A stretch of 64,000 bases of DNA from Octopus sinensis (Eukaryota): the NCBI RefSeq assembly GCF_006345805.1, contig NC_043015.1, positions 18,042,001 through 18,106,000 of the forward strand, written 5' to 3'. Position numbers and translations under genes: made by a program. This document shows positions 38,837 to 50,464 of the stretch, in pieces. Positions within the stretch are counted from its first letter, which is position 1. Each line of letters opens with the position of its first letter. Below the pieces are notes generated by a model that searched no databases, was not told where the DNA came from, and saw nothing but the letters and a program-made list of their open reading frames with translations.

Positions 38837-38989
38837 TGCGTGTATATGTACATGTATGTGTGTGTGTATATAGAAATAAAATATACTAAATTATAATAAA
38901 ATAAGGTTGATAAGGGATAAAGAAGAAGTTAATTACAATATAAAATGGCACAATTAAAAACAAAATAAAAGGAAATAAAGTTGTTTTGT

Positions 38990-39765
38990 TGCAGGAGGTT
39001 GTAGAGACAGTCATATGGAGGTGGGGGTTGTGTTTAGTCCAAAGGGGATAGTTGTTCGTAGATTAAAAATATAACGCTGTTCCAGGTTGAGTTGCGAGTG
39101 TGTGAATCCGTGACCGGGCGACGGGGCTGTTCGAATGTGAGGTATATGTGCATTGATATGTACGTGTGGGCGTATGTGTGTGTGTGCATGTATGTGTGTG
39201 TACATGTATGTGTGTGTATGCATGTATGAGCGTGTGTGTAGTGAGTGTTTGCATGGGGGTATGTTGCGTGGAGGTATATGAAGGTTGCATCTAATACAGT
39301 ATATGAGACTAGAAAGGGTGCAAGAGAAGGAATTTGTGATGTGGAGAGTGTGCTGGTTGAACCAGTGAGGGAAATGGTGTTGGTGATGAAGGGGCAGGTG
39401 TGTCAGCAGGATCTGGAGCACAGGAAGGATCAGGGTGGGGGGAAGAGAAGGTGCTGCAGACCAGTAGATCACGTAAGTTCTGGGTGCGTTTAAAGAAGGG
39501 TAGGTTGGGGAAAATGGGACGAGTGGCGGGATCGAGCTGGAGACAATGGAAGGCCCGTAGGATCCTCCAACGAAGGGGTAGGGTGGAAGGTGTGGAAAAG
39601 GAGGGGAAAGAGGGTGCAGTTAGGCGATTGTTGTGGGGAAGGAGAGAGGGTGGTGGTGCAATCGATTCGATAAGTTCAGGCAAGGGCAAGTTGGATAAGG
39701 GTTGAGGGGTATCCTTGATGCATGAACAGGTGGGCAAGGTACTGGGACTGGGTCCTGAAATCATA
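38990..39765 (-). mobile_element. PLE GIY-YIG fragment with a templated insertion
   Basis: FKRTQNLRDLLV..HITNSFSCTLSSLIYCIRCNL..[insert]..LEQRYIFNLRTTIPFGLN. Confidence 0.8.
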
Positions 39766-40144
39766 TAAAATGATAAGATACCAAAGGACCCAAAAGAAGA
39801 AATGTTCAGATAAGCAACTTTGTTTGATCTAGTATTATTAACCTCATTTTATAGCACTCATATTATTATTATTTATTTATCTATCTATCTAATTATCTAT
39901 AAAGTTTCGTCTATTCCTATGCTGTATGTTATAGTGAAGTTAAGAAATCTGTTTCTTCTCTTCTGTTCAACTCTGTTTCTTCTCCCATGTTACTCATATT
40001 ATGTCTGAATCCTTGCTTTTTCCATGTTACGTGTTAAATAATGGCTTTTGCTTTTGTTTGGATATTTTACATGGCCTTATCTAGCGAATAGGGCAGCCAT
40101 GATGTTTTGTCATTTGTGGTGCACCTGCCCAACTCACCCCCACC

Positions 40145-40265
40145 ACCTGTATGGGAAATCTTTCTTCTTGAACCTCTACTGGAAGTCTTTATCCTTGAGC
40201 CTCTACCAGAAGTCTTTCTCCTCGAATCTCTACCAGCAGTCTTTCTCCTAATACCTCTATTGGAT
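40145..40265. repeat. 27-bp minisatellite, about 4.5 copies
   Basis: gaacctctactggaagtctttatcctt / gagcctctaccagaagtctttctcctc / gaatctctaccagcagtctttctccta. Confidence 0.85.
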
Positions 40266-40439
40266 ACCTATACAGAATGCTCTCTTCCCCATTTCCATCT
40301 GTGTCTAGTGGCTATCTGCTGGTGAATGTGAAGCGAATAAAATGACAGTGAAGTAAATGCAGGTTGAAACCTATTTGTACTTATATAATATGCCTGTGAA
40401 ACATACATGCGAGCTTTATTTTCAGATGCAAAATGCTGT

Positions 40440-42730
40440 CCCTCGTCTGTGTCTTCCTGACCCACGCTTTTCTACACCCTCAGAGTTAGCACACGTAATG
40501 TAGACACATTGAAAGGTAGGTCTGGCGAGATTGTTGAGATGCTTGAATGGAAGCATGTAGATGTGTGTTGCATCTACGAAGGTGGAGAGGAGGTTCTGCT
40601 AGGTTCCTCGCAAACAAAGAATATAGGTATAAAATCTTCTGGATAGGGACTAGTAATGGGGTAGGAGGCATGGGCATACTTCTAGCTGAGAAATGGGTTG
40701 ATAAGGTAATCAAGGTGTGATAGAATACTTAAGCTAAGAATAGTGTTGCAGCATGGAACAACAACCATTACCTCAGCCTATGCCCTCAGCCAAATCTACA
40801 TGATGAACAGAAAGACCATTTTTATGACATCCTCTTGCAGACCACCTCATTGGGACCTTCACTTTGTGGTTGGCGACTTTAATGGACATGTTGGGCAACA
40901 TCTAGGTGGCTACAATGGTATGCATGATGGCAATGGATTTGGTTCTCATAATGAGGGAACCAGGCTACTAGAATTTTGCAATGCAAATGTTCTTATGATC
41001 TGCAATACTATAGGAAACCTGCCAATCACCTGTTCACCTATCAATTGGGTGTGCACACTAGTCAGATCAACTACATTCTCACCAGAAAATGGGAAAGTTG
41101 GCTGCTTATAAATACCATAACATTCCCAGGTGAAGAAAACGTCCCACAACATAGGTTAGTTGTTAGCAACTTCGGGATCAGGGCTAAATAGCTGCCAAGA
41201 AGACGAACAGTATGCTCTGAACGAACAGAGATTTAGAGATGTGTTACTTGAAGCATTTGACAAAAAAGAGGAACATATAGTGACATACAACATGGAGGAC
41301 AACTGGAGGTTCCTACAGCACAACTTGCTGAGGGCTACTGAACAAATCTGTGGCTGGTGCAAAGTTCCTTCTTGACCTAAGGTGACATGGTGATGGAACA
41401 GTGTAGATGACAGGGCCATTAGAGAAAACAGGTCTGGAAGAATTGGAAGTGTCAGGGTAGCAGGAAATTGTATGAAATAGCTAGCTCAGACTTGTTCCAT
41501 GTAGGAGCATGACTGATCCTATATTCCTGGTTACGCAACTGCAGGAGAAATATTTAGCCAAAAACCCTTATCTGGTTGTCAATGCAGAAACTAGGGATAG
41601 ATGAGTGGTTAGTGAGAGCAGTACAAGCCATGTACAGGGATGCTGCAAGTAAGGTGAAGGTTGGTAATGAGGATAGTAATGAATTCAGTGTATAGGTAGA
41701 AGTCCACCAAGGCTCAGTTCTCAGCCCCATTTATCCTAGTCTTTTAGGCCTTAACAGAGGAATTCAAGACTGGCTGTCCCTGGCAGTTCTTCTATACTGA
41801 TGACCTAGTTCTTATAGCTGAACTCACTACCTGACCTAGAGAAAAAATTTCAGGTGTGGAAACAAGGTCTGGAATCTAAGGGCCTTAGGGTAAATTTAGC
41901 AAAAACCAAAGTCTAAGTAAGTAGGAAAACAGACAGACCATAAGTCCCTTCTGGGAGATGGCCCAGCTCAATATGTAAGAAGGATGTTGGCAGAAATTCC
42001 ATACATTGTACCCAGTGCAGGCTTTGGACACATAAGAGGTGCAGCAGTATCAAAGGAAGGTTAACAGAGAATATAGCCTTTGTGTGTGTGGCAAATGTGC
42101 AGGTACAATAAACACTAAAAATACACAGACGACAGGCTCCTTCAAATGCTCAGGTGGTTCATTAGAAGAAGTAAATAGCTTCTGTGAAGGCTTGAAAGAA
42201 ATGAAGCCAACATGTTGTCAGATGGGTAATGTCAGTGTGCATGATTGACAGAGTGTAAATGATTTAAGAGGAAAACTGTGTATAAGGGCCATCAGATGCT
42301 GTGTGCAAGAGAGAAGACTGCACTGGTTTGATCATTTGATGCGTATGCATGAGGACAGCTGCATAAAGAAGTGCTGAGCTCTAATTGTGGAGGGTACCTG
42401 TGGAAATGGTGGACCCAGGAAGATGTGGGATGAAGTGGTGAGAAAAGATCTTCAGATGCTGGGACACACTACAGAAATGACAAGGAACCAGGAGATGTGG
42501 TGATTTGCTGTACTTGATAAGACACATCAAGCTAAGTAAAATCGCTGTCTTCCACACATAAAGTAACACATAAAAAGCACACAGCATACTCTGTTAAGTG
42601 GTTGGCATTAGGAAGGGCATCCAGCCACAGAAACCATGCCACAACAGGCAGTTAATATCCAGACAGCTCCCCACTAGCCAACTCCACATCAAACCATCCA
42701 ACTGGACATTAATTAATGATGATGATGATG
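40440..42730 (+). mobile_element. Decayed GAT-tailed RTE LINE with internal deletions
   Basis: APE motifs VVGDFNGHVG, EGTRLLEFC, QINYILTR, QHRLVVSNF; VHQGSVLSP, YTDDL; Cys-rich insert; (GAT)n tail near 42720. Confidence 0.88.
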
Positions 42731-42959
42731 ATCACGATGTACATACATGTATATATATATTTTTTCATCATGTTGAACTGTTAATCCCTACACATTTTTT
42801 TTCTTACTATTTTATTCATTCTCTCTCCTTTCTTTCCTCGTAATCCTTTCTGTTGAACAGCGTAGGCTCAAGACGTAAAAGACTTTTCCATTCTTCCCAA
42901 GTGTTAAACTAATACTTGTTCCTACACCAGTCTTCCTTTTTATTTTTTTTGTAAATTTT

Positions 42960-44085
42960 AAAACGGTAAGATAACAAAAGAAAGAGACCTCAATATTATG
43001 TAAATAGAGGAAATTTATCTGTAAATTAATATATGACAATTATACAATAGCCAAGATAAAACTCTGAGTTTCGGATGCCGAAGTGGAAATCCACAACACC
43101 ATCTCTTCGGTTATCTGGCCATCTGAAAAAACACTATGAAAAAATACCGTTATGTAAAGGGAAATTACTGTGTTATAATTCCGCTACTTATATAAATTAA
43201 GATTAAAAGTTCATAGTAAACACGTAAGCATGGCTACTCATACGCTCACATGTGCGCTCGCACACCCACGTGCGTACTTATATGTCACTATGAAAACGTA
43301 CACATCTTCACTCGCATTTTTCGCCAAATGTATACGCATATATATACAAACTCATACACACACACGCATACCGTAAAAGTTCATACATACGTCTATAAAC
43401 GCACAAGCACAAGAAGAAACATGGTTAAAGGTAACAATACAGAAAAAAACATAAGGAAGTATACAAAGCGTAAAATCCACGTTCATATACGGACATGCCC
43501 TTATGCACACATACACACACGCCCATATATGTAAATACCCGTACACTCATACATATTCACACACGTGTACAAATGAATCTATATACACGTCTATATAGGC
43601 ACAGGAAAAAATGCAGGATGGAAGAGTACAGAAAAAATTATTATGTGTGAAAATATAAAAATATATGAAAAAATAAAAGGTATAATGAGATAAAAAAACT
43701 TTTTTGGACATAATATAGAAAGCAAGTTCTATCTGTATTCTTGGGGGGACCAAAAACGCAACAAAAATTTTGTTACATTCGGGCATGATCCGAAAAGTTC
43801 TGTCCTTGAGTTTAGACATGTAGTAGGGTCTAAGCTGCTCTTCCAGATAAGCCATCTCTCCATGTTGCATAGACCGCACTTTCTGCTGCAGTTGGTGTAG
43901 GGCTTATTTTTGGCCAAAATTTTCCAATGGATGCTGTAATTGACACCTTTATCTTTTAATGACCAAATATGATTGGATAATTTTGTCGCTTTTCTTTTGT
44001 TCCAGTGCCTAAAACTCAAGGTGTGGTTATTGAACCTGGCCTTGAAATTACCCTCTGTAAGGCCCACGTATTTCTTCGTCAAAAC
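42960..44085 (-). mobile_element. Naiad-type PLE 3' part with intact-looking GIY-YIG C-terminal frame (43729-44082)
   Basis: KKYVGLTEGNFKARFNNHTLSF..LSNHIWSLK..WKIL..CGLCNMER..LNSRTELFGSC; hammerhead downstream; terminal sequence repeated at 20630-20725. Confidence 0.9.
43054..43116 (-). ncRNA. Hammerhead ribozyme motif (U4C core)
   Basis: AGAUAA-CCGAAGA-GAUG..GUGGA-UU-UCCAC..CAUC-C-GAAAC-UCAGA-GUU|UUAUCU. Confidence 0.7.
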
Positions 44086-44089
44086 GATT

Positions 44090-46390
44090 AAACCACTGGG
44101 AGTGAATGACTCCTAGCCTTTGTTAGGGCATCCTTCAAGGAGAAGGTAACTCAGGTAACTGGGATATATCTGACATAAAAAAACCTGCGGCTCAGTGGTT
44201 ACCGATGATGTTGACTTGTTCTTTTCGGATTATGGCTGCTGTTGCTTAGTGAGTGGGATTGACTCAGTGCACAGCCTTTCCTCACTTAAAAAAAATCTTG
44301 CACAGGCATTGCACGATAACAACATTGATTGATTGATTGATTAACTAATTCATGATTGTTGATAGTGCTGTGAGTCTCAACTGAATGGCTGGCTGTAGCC
44401 TTAAAAAGCAAATAATCAATGATATACCAAAACAGTATAAAAATAAATCACAGTAAGGACTCTGGAACCACATCAGATGAAAGAGTCTGGCCCGGCAGGG
44501 GCTCCAAAGCATCACAGTCTCAACCCGGCCATCATCATGCTACTGTGATAGATCCAAATAAAATATTGAATATTGGCTGTTGGAATGTATGGACACTGCT
44601 TGACCGCAAGTCCTCTGAATATCTTGAAAGAAGGACTGCGCTTGTTGCGAAGGAGCTTCAACGCTATGATCTTGACATCGTTGCTTTATCTGAGACGAGA
44701 TTACCTGGAGATGGTCATCTTACAGAATCTTGTGGAAAATATACATTCTTTTGGAGAGGGAGGAATGAAGAGTTTAGAGGAGAGGCTAGAGTAGTATTTG
44801 CTGTTAAGACTACTCTTGTGGACAAGTTGGAAGAATTTCCAGTCGGAATTAATGAGCGCCTTATGAACATGAGAATTCCTTCGGTTAAAGGAAATTATGT
44901 GACCTTGGTGAGTGTGTATGCTCCAACTATGTGCTATACTGATGACGAAAAAATTTCTTTCGACCATGCTTTGAAGGGCATTATAAGAAATATCCCTCGG
45001 GCAGACAAAGTCATTGTACTGGGTGACTTTAATGCTAGAGTGGGTAGGGATTTTAACACATGGACTGTAATTGGAAAGCATGGGGTGGGAAAGTGTAATA
45101 GTAATGGCATGCTTTTGCTGCAGATGTGTGAGGAGCTGCGTCTGTGTGTTACCAATGCCATGTTTCAACAAAAGAATAAGTTTAAGACCACATAGATGCA
45201 CCTTGCATCTAAAGAATGGCATATTCTGGATTACATCCTTGTTAGGGTGCATGACAGATAGGATGTGCAGTGTGTTCGTGTTCTTCATGGAGCTGAGTGT
45301 TGGACTGACCACCGCCTAGTACGTGCAAAAGTGAAATTAGTCACTAAACATAAAATCTGAGCTGCAGGGATTACCCAAGCCTAAAAGACTGAATGTTGAT
45401 CATCTTAGGTGTAATAGTGTGAAGAGAACTTTACAAGAGGAAATGAATGCTGCAGATATTGGGGAGGATTGGCCGATCCTTAAAAAGTCAGTTTATGATA
45501 TAGGCAAGAAAGTTCTGGGATTGATACAAAGAAAGCATCAAGATTTGTTTGAAGAAAATGATGAACATATAGATGATTTATTGGCTGATAAAAACCTACT
45601 TTGTCACGCTATTTGTCAGCAAAGCCACAGGAAAGGGTAGTGTTGCATAGGGAACTCAAAGATGTAAAGTCACTTGTGAGGCAAAGACTCCCTCAGATGA
45701 GGGATACGTGGTGGAGTAAGAGGGTTGATGAGATACAGGTGGCATCGGATTCCAATAACACAAAGCTGTTGTATGGTCTTTTGCGAGAAGTTTATGGACC
45801 AACGTCTTCTCTGATGACACCACTTCGAAGCAGGGATGGTAAAGAACTTCTTCGTGATTCACACGGAATTCTGCGAAGGTGGCAAGAACACTTTGATGAA
45901 CTTTTGAATCAGCAATCTGTAGTTAGTGAGGATGTTCCCAATCTCATCCTAGGATTACCTGTGAAGGTACCACTAAAGTTGGAAGAAGTTGCAGTGGCTG
46001 TCTCAAGGATGAATAATGGGAAGTCTCCGGGTATGGATGGCATACATGCGAAGTTGTTACAGCATGGTGGTGAGAAACTTCTGCAGAAACTTCACTCTTT
46101 GTTTGGTAAGATATGGACTAGTGAACCTGTACCTGAGGACTGGAGAGATACAGTAATGGTGGTCTTGTATAAGGGAAAGGGCAACAGGAATGATTGTGGT
46201 AATTATAGGGGAGTATCATTGCTTTCTGTCGTAGGAAAGGTTTTATGCAGGGTACTTCTGGATCGTCTGCTGAAACATGTTGCAGATTGTGTTCTTCTAG
46301 AAAGTCAATCTGGCTTTCGTGTGGAACATGGCACTGCTGATATGATCTTTTCAGTTAGACAGCTTCAGGAGAAGTGTGTGGAACAGGGTC
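44090..46390 (+). mobile_element. RTE (BovB-like) LINE 5' half: UTR, APE endonuclease, start of RT; truncated by a PLE
   Basis: IGCWNVWTL..DIVALSETR..SVYAPT..LGDFNARVG; KSPGMDGI..NYRGVSLLS..ESQSGFR. Confidence 0.93.
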
Positions 46391-47570
46391 TGTTCACCAC
46401 CCTTGTCAGAGCATGTTCCGGGAACCATGCATCTGCTCTCTCCCCCTGCACCTGTCCCTATTTCCACTCACCTAACACCCTACCTCTCCAATGCACCATT
46501 CTCCCAGCCTTCCGGCAACTCCAGTTCGACCCTTCCCCTCCTTCAAACGAGCCCTAAACCTATGAAACCTCTCGGTCCACAGCTTCTTCCCTAACCCAAC
46601 CTCCCAACCCAGCTCGTTCCCCTGCTCCCACCTATGCTGCTATACTTGTCCTTACCTCTCCAACACCACCCTCCTCACAGGCACCCATCATTGACCCTAT
46701 CATATCACTGACTCCTTTACCTGCACTTCTAGCAACATCATCTGCTGCATCTCCTGCTCTCTCTGTCCTCTATATATCGGACAAACGGGACCCTGCTTGG
46801 CTGACCGGTTCGCGGAACACCTCCGAAACATCTGACTTGGCAACAACACCCCGGTCTCGCGCCATTTCCGCTCTACCGGTTACTCTTTACAACACCTGTC
46901 GGTGTTCAGATTGTTCTTGCACAGGGGCCATCCAGACACCCATCTTCGCTGTGAGCAAGGATTAATCTTCTCTCTTTGCTGTTTTGCGCCACATGGGCTC
47001 AACTCTCTTTCCCTCTTCATCTGATCCTCCTCCTCTTTCCCTCTGACACCTACTTCCTCCCACCCACATCTCTTTTGTCTCTCTTGCTGTGGCACCTACT
47101 CTTCTCTTCACTCCTACCCACCTCTTCCACCTTCTCCCTTGTTACCCCACCGCACCTATACATCCCATCCCACCACCCCTCACACACTAGCAATGACCAC
47201 TTCCCAGCACCCACACTAGCACTGACCACTTTCCAGCACCTACACCATCACACACGCACATGTCAATGTCACCGACCTCCTTCCACATACACATGCATGC
47301 ACACCGTCGTTTTGGGATCACAACTACTTTGTTATCTCCCCTTCTTCCTAACTCTCCTGTGTGACCCCTCTGTCCTGCATTTGCCATGACAACTCCTTAG
47401 CCACTAAACCATTTTCTATTTTCTTTCCCTGTTTATTTCTGTGTTCCTTTCTGTCGAAGAGTGTAGGCTCGAAATGTAAAAGACTTACTCACTTCCCAAG
47501 CGTAAAACTAATACATATGTTTGTTGTTTACACACCCGTCTTCATCCTTTATTTTTTATAAATTCTCACT
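46390..47570 (+). mobile_element. Penelope-like element 3' fragment
   Basis: HITDSFTCTSSNIICCISCSLCPLYIGQTG..LADRFAEH; same family as 4112-5190; terminal fragments also at 42800-42960 and 48770-48940. Confidence 0.88.
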
Positions 47571-47696
47571 ATATATATACACACATACATACCTGGAACT
47601 TAAATATGGTCTGTCTATTACACACACATATATATACGCACATACACATACATACATAGATGCATATATATATACACATACATATTATATATACAT

Positions 47697-47732
<36 letters not shown>

Positions 47733-47736
47733 TGTC

Positions 47737-47894
47737 TTCCATTTGTTTCTTTTGTTCTTTGCAAAAAAAGTTTGTATTCCATGATTTTGTATTTTGTATT
47801 TCATGTTGTTTACATTTTATGATGTCCTGAACTCCTATATGCAAATGTATATACATATATATGTAAGTATGTACACATCTGTATGTATATATGC

Positions 47895-47925
<31 letters not shown>

Positions 47926-48729
47926 ATATATACCATTATATGACTGAATGCCACACATCCATTTCCAAGTAAGTTGATCTTAATAATTTTGATGCGACTC
48001 TCTGTACTGTTCTTTTTCTCCCCTTTCATTTCCTCTCTCTTTTCTCTAAATCTTTTAATCTCCCCTTCTCCTCATTTTGTTTTTTTTTTCCTCTATCATC
48101 CTGTCTCTAATTCTTTTCATTTTTCCTTCACCATTCTCTATCTGTCCCTCTCTCTTTCTCACTCTTCCTCTTTTACTCTCTCGCTGCTTACACATGACCA
48201 TCGGCCATCTTTCTTTTCCTAACTTGAGCTTCTTTCTTCCCTTTTGATCTGCTACACAGATCACACGCATTCTTGTCTGTCTCCTCTCCTATCTTTCCTC
48301 CAGTCAAAGCTTGTTCCTCTAGTGTTCGCCACCTTACCCTGTTATGTCTTAGCAGCCCTTACTGTTTGTTTTCACTGTCCTGTTTTTGTTACCAACTTTG
48401 ACCCTCTGCAAATGCCAAATTTTATTTTGCTTTGCAGGAGCAACTGTTTTCTCAAAGACACATCTTGTCATAATTGCTTGAAATGTGGAGTGGATAAACA
48501 GCCGACAACTGATGAAGGGTTGTTCTTTATGTTACTTGTCTTGTTTTCCATTTGTTTCTTTCGCTGTTTGCAAAAAAAGTTTGTATTCCATGTTTTCATA
48601 TTTCATGTTGTCCTGTACCCATATATGCATATATATATACATATATATGTAAGCATGTACATATATGTATGTAGATATATATATATTATTTGTATTATTA
48701 CATGATTGAAAGCCACACATCCATTTCCA

Positions 48730-48732
<3 letters not shown>
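47737..48732 (+). repeat. Direct repeat pair (47737-47970 / 48547-48732) around a CT-rich core; probable partial-tandem non-autonomous element
   Basis: ttccatttgtttc..gcaaaaaaagtttgtattccatg..gccacacatccatttccaagt occurs twice. Confidence 0.7.
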
Positions 48733-48772
<40 letters not shown>

Positions 48773-48939
48773 AGAATTCACAAAAGAACACAGCTGGTGT
48801 AGACAACAAACAGATATATCAGTTTAACACTCAGGAAGTGAAAAAGTCTTTAACGTTTCAAGTCTATGCTCTTCCACAAAAAGTAACACAGAAAGAAACA
48901 AGGAGAGAAAATAAAGAATGTGTAGTGGCTAACGATCTA

Positions 48940-48992
48940 ATACATATATATTTATATACACATATACATACATACATACATACGTACATACA

Positions 48993-49028
<36 letters not shown>

Positions 49029-50185
49029 TATATGTGCGTGTGCGGTGCTATAAAAAAATGCACATATGAGCATGTATGGATGTATGTATGTATTGTATAT
49101 GTATGCATTTATGCATATATAAAATTTTTTAAAAAATAAGAAAAAAGAGCAGATAGGTTAATATAATGCATGTTCGATTTTTAACCGTTGCCCTTGTATA
49201 CTGTGTCGTATTTTGTATGTATGTGCATGTGTGTGTGCATATGTATGTTTATGTATGTGTATGTGTGTAATAGGACATATGTATGTAGAAGTGGATAAGA
49301 ATATATGAGTATATAATTTAAGATTATATGTATATTTATGAGTGTGTCTATATGATTGTGTGTACTTGCGTATATATATATGGTTATATATGCACAGTTG
49401 CACCTAAACGTTGTACCCATTCACAGTTAGACGATGATGAGAGGAACAAACACACACCAACACATATATATATGTGTGTGTGTCTATACAAACATATGTG
49501 TGTATATATACAACCTTCAACAAAGTAACCGTCATGTACACAACTTGGACGGACACATACCAGTACACAGACATACATACACATGTACACACACACAGAC
49601 GCGTCTGCCCATTCTCCTAGATACTCACATACATACGTAGCACATAAGTACAAACATACATACATACCTACGTATGGGCATACACACGTACATATGCACG
49701 TACATGTATGCACACACATATATAGGCACATGCATACGTGCACGTATACATACATACGCACATGCGTACGTACATGCATACACACATACATACGTGTATA
49801 TATATATAACCTGAACTAACTAGATGTAAGGGAGAGAAAAAAAATAAGTAATAGTAAAACAAAAGTCTTGTGATATAGAGATAAATGTCTGATAATAGGT
49901 TTTAGAGTTTTGTCTTGGTGGTGAGGGTTGTAAATCACTTCCTAGTTTTGGCGGGGGGGGGGGCGGTAGAGGTTGAAATTTGATATTGTTGTGATGAGTG
50001 GTCAGTCTACATCTATCCATCACTACAGGTTTATAGCTTTAAGTTTATAGTGTGTATGTGCGTGCATATACACACACACACACACATACATACATACACA
50101 CAGGCGTACGTACATACATACATGCATGCATGCATGCATACATGCGTGTATACATACATACACACATACATACATACATATATAT
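48940..50185. repeat. Microsatellite/low-complexity block (ATAC, AC, AT)
   Basis: Visible simple repeats. Confidence 0.9.
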
Positions 50186-50224
50186 AACGAACTAACTGTT
50201 ACTTTCTCAGATGCAGCATGGATT

Positions 50225-50275
50225 TTTGTCAGTGAACAGGTCGCGGTCTTATAGCGACGAAAATATTTTGACAAA
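50225..50275 (+). ncRNA. Minimal hammerhead ribozyme with G3-C8 swapped core, in a ~170-bp element (50186-50358)
   Basis: UUUGUCA-GUGAACA-G-GUCGC-GGUCUUAUA-GCGAC-GAAA-AUAU-UU|UGACAAA: 7-bp stem I, 5-bp stem II, palindromic stem III. Confidence 0.72.
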
Positions 50276-50464
50276 TTAAACTTAAATGTTGAAGTGAATC
50301 GAACGACTTTTGTGTGTTTCTTAAATGGCTTACAAACACCTTCCACGCTGCAATTGTCATATATATATAGATATATATATATAAATACATACATATATAT
50401 ATATATAAATAAATACCTATATATATATATGAATACATACATATATGTATATATATGTATACAT

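Noticed and set aside
40145-40265. CRISPR-like array
   Set aside because: Contiguous tandem units without unique spacers, no cas genes, eukaryotic context
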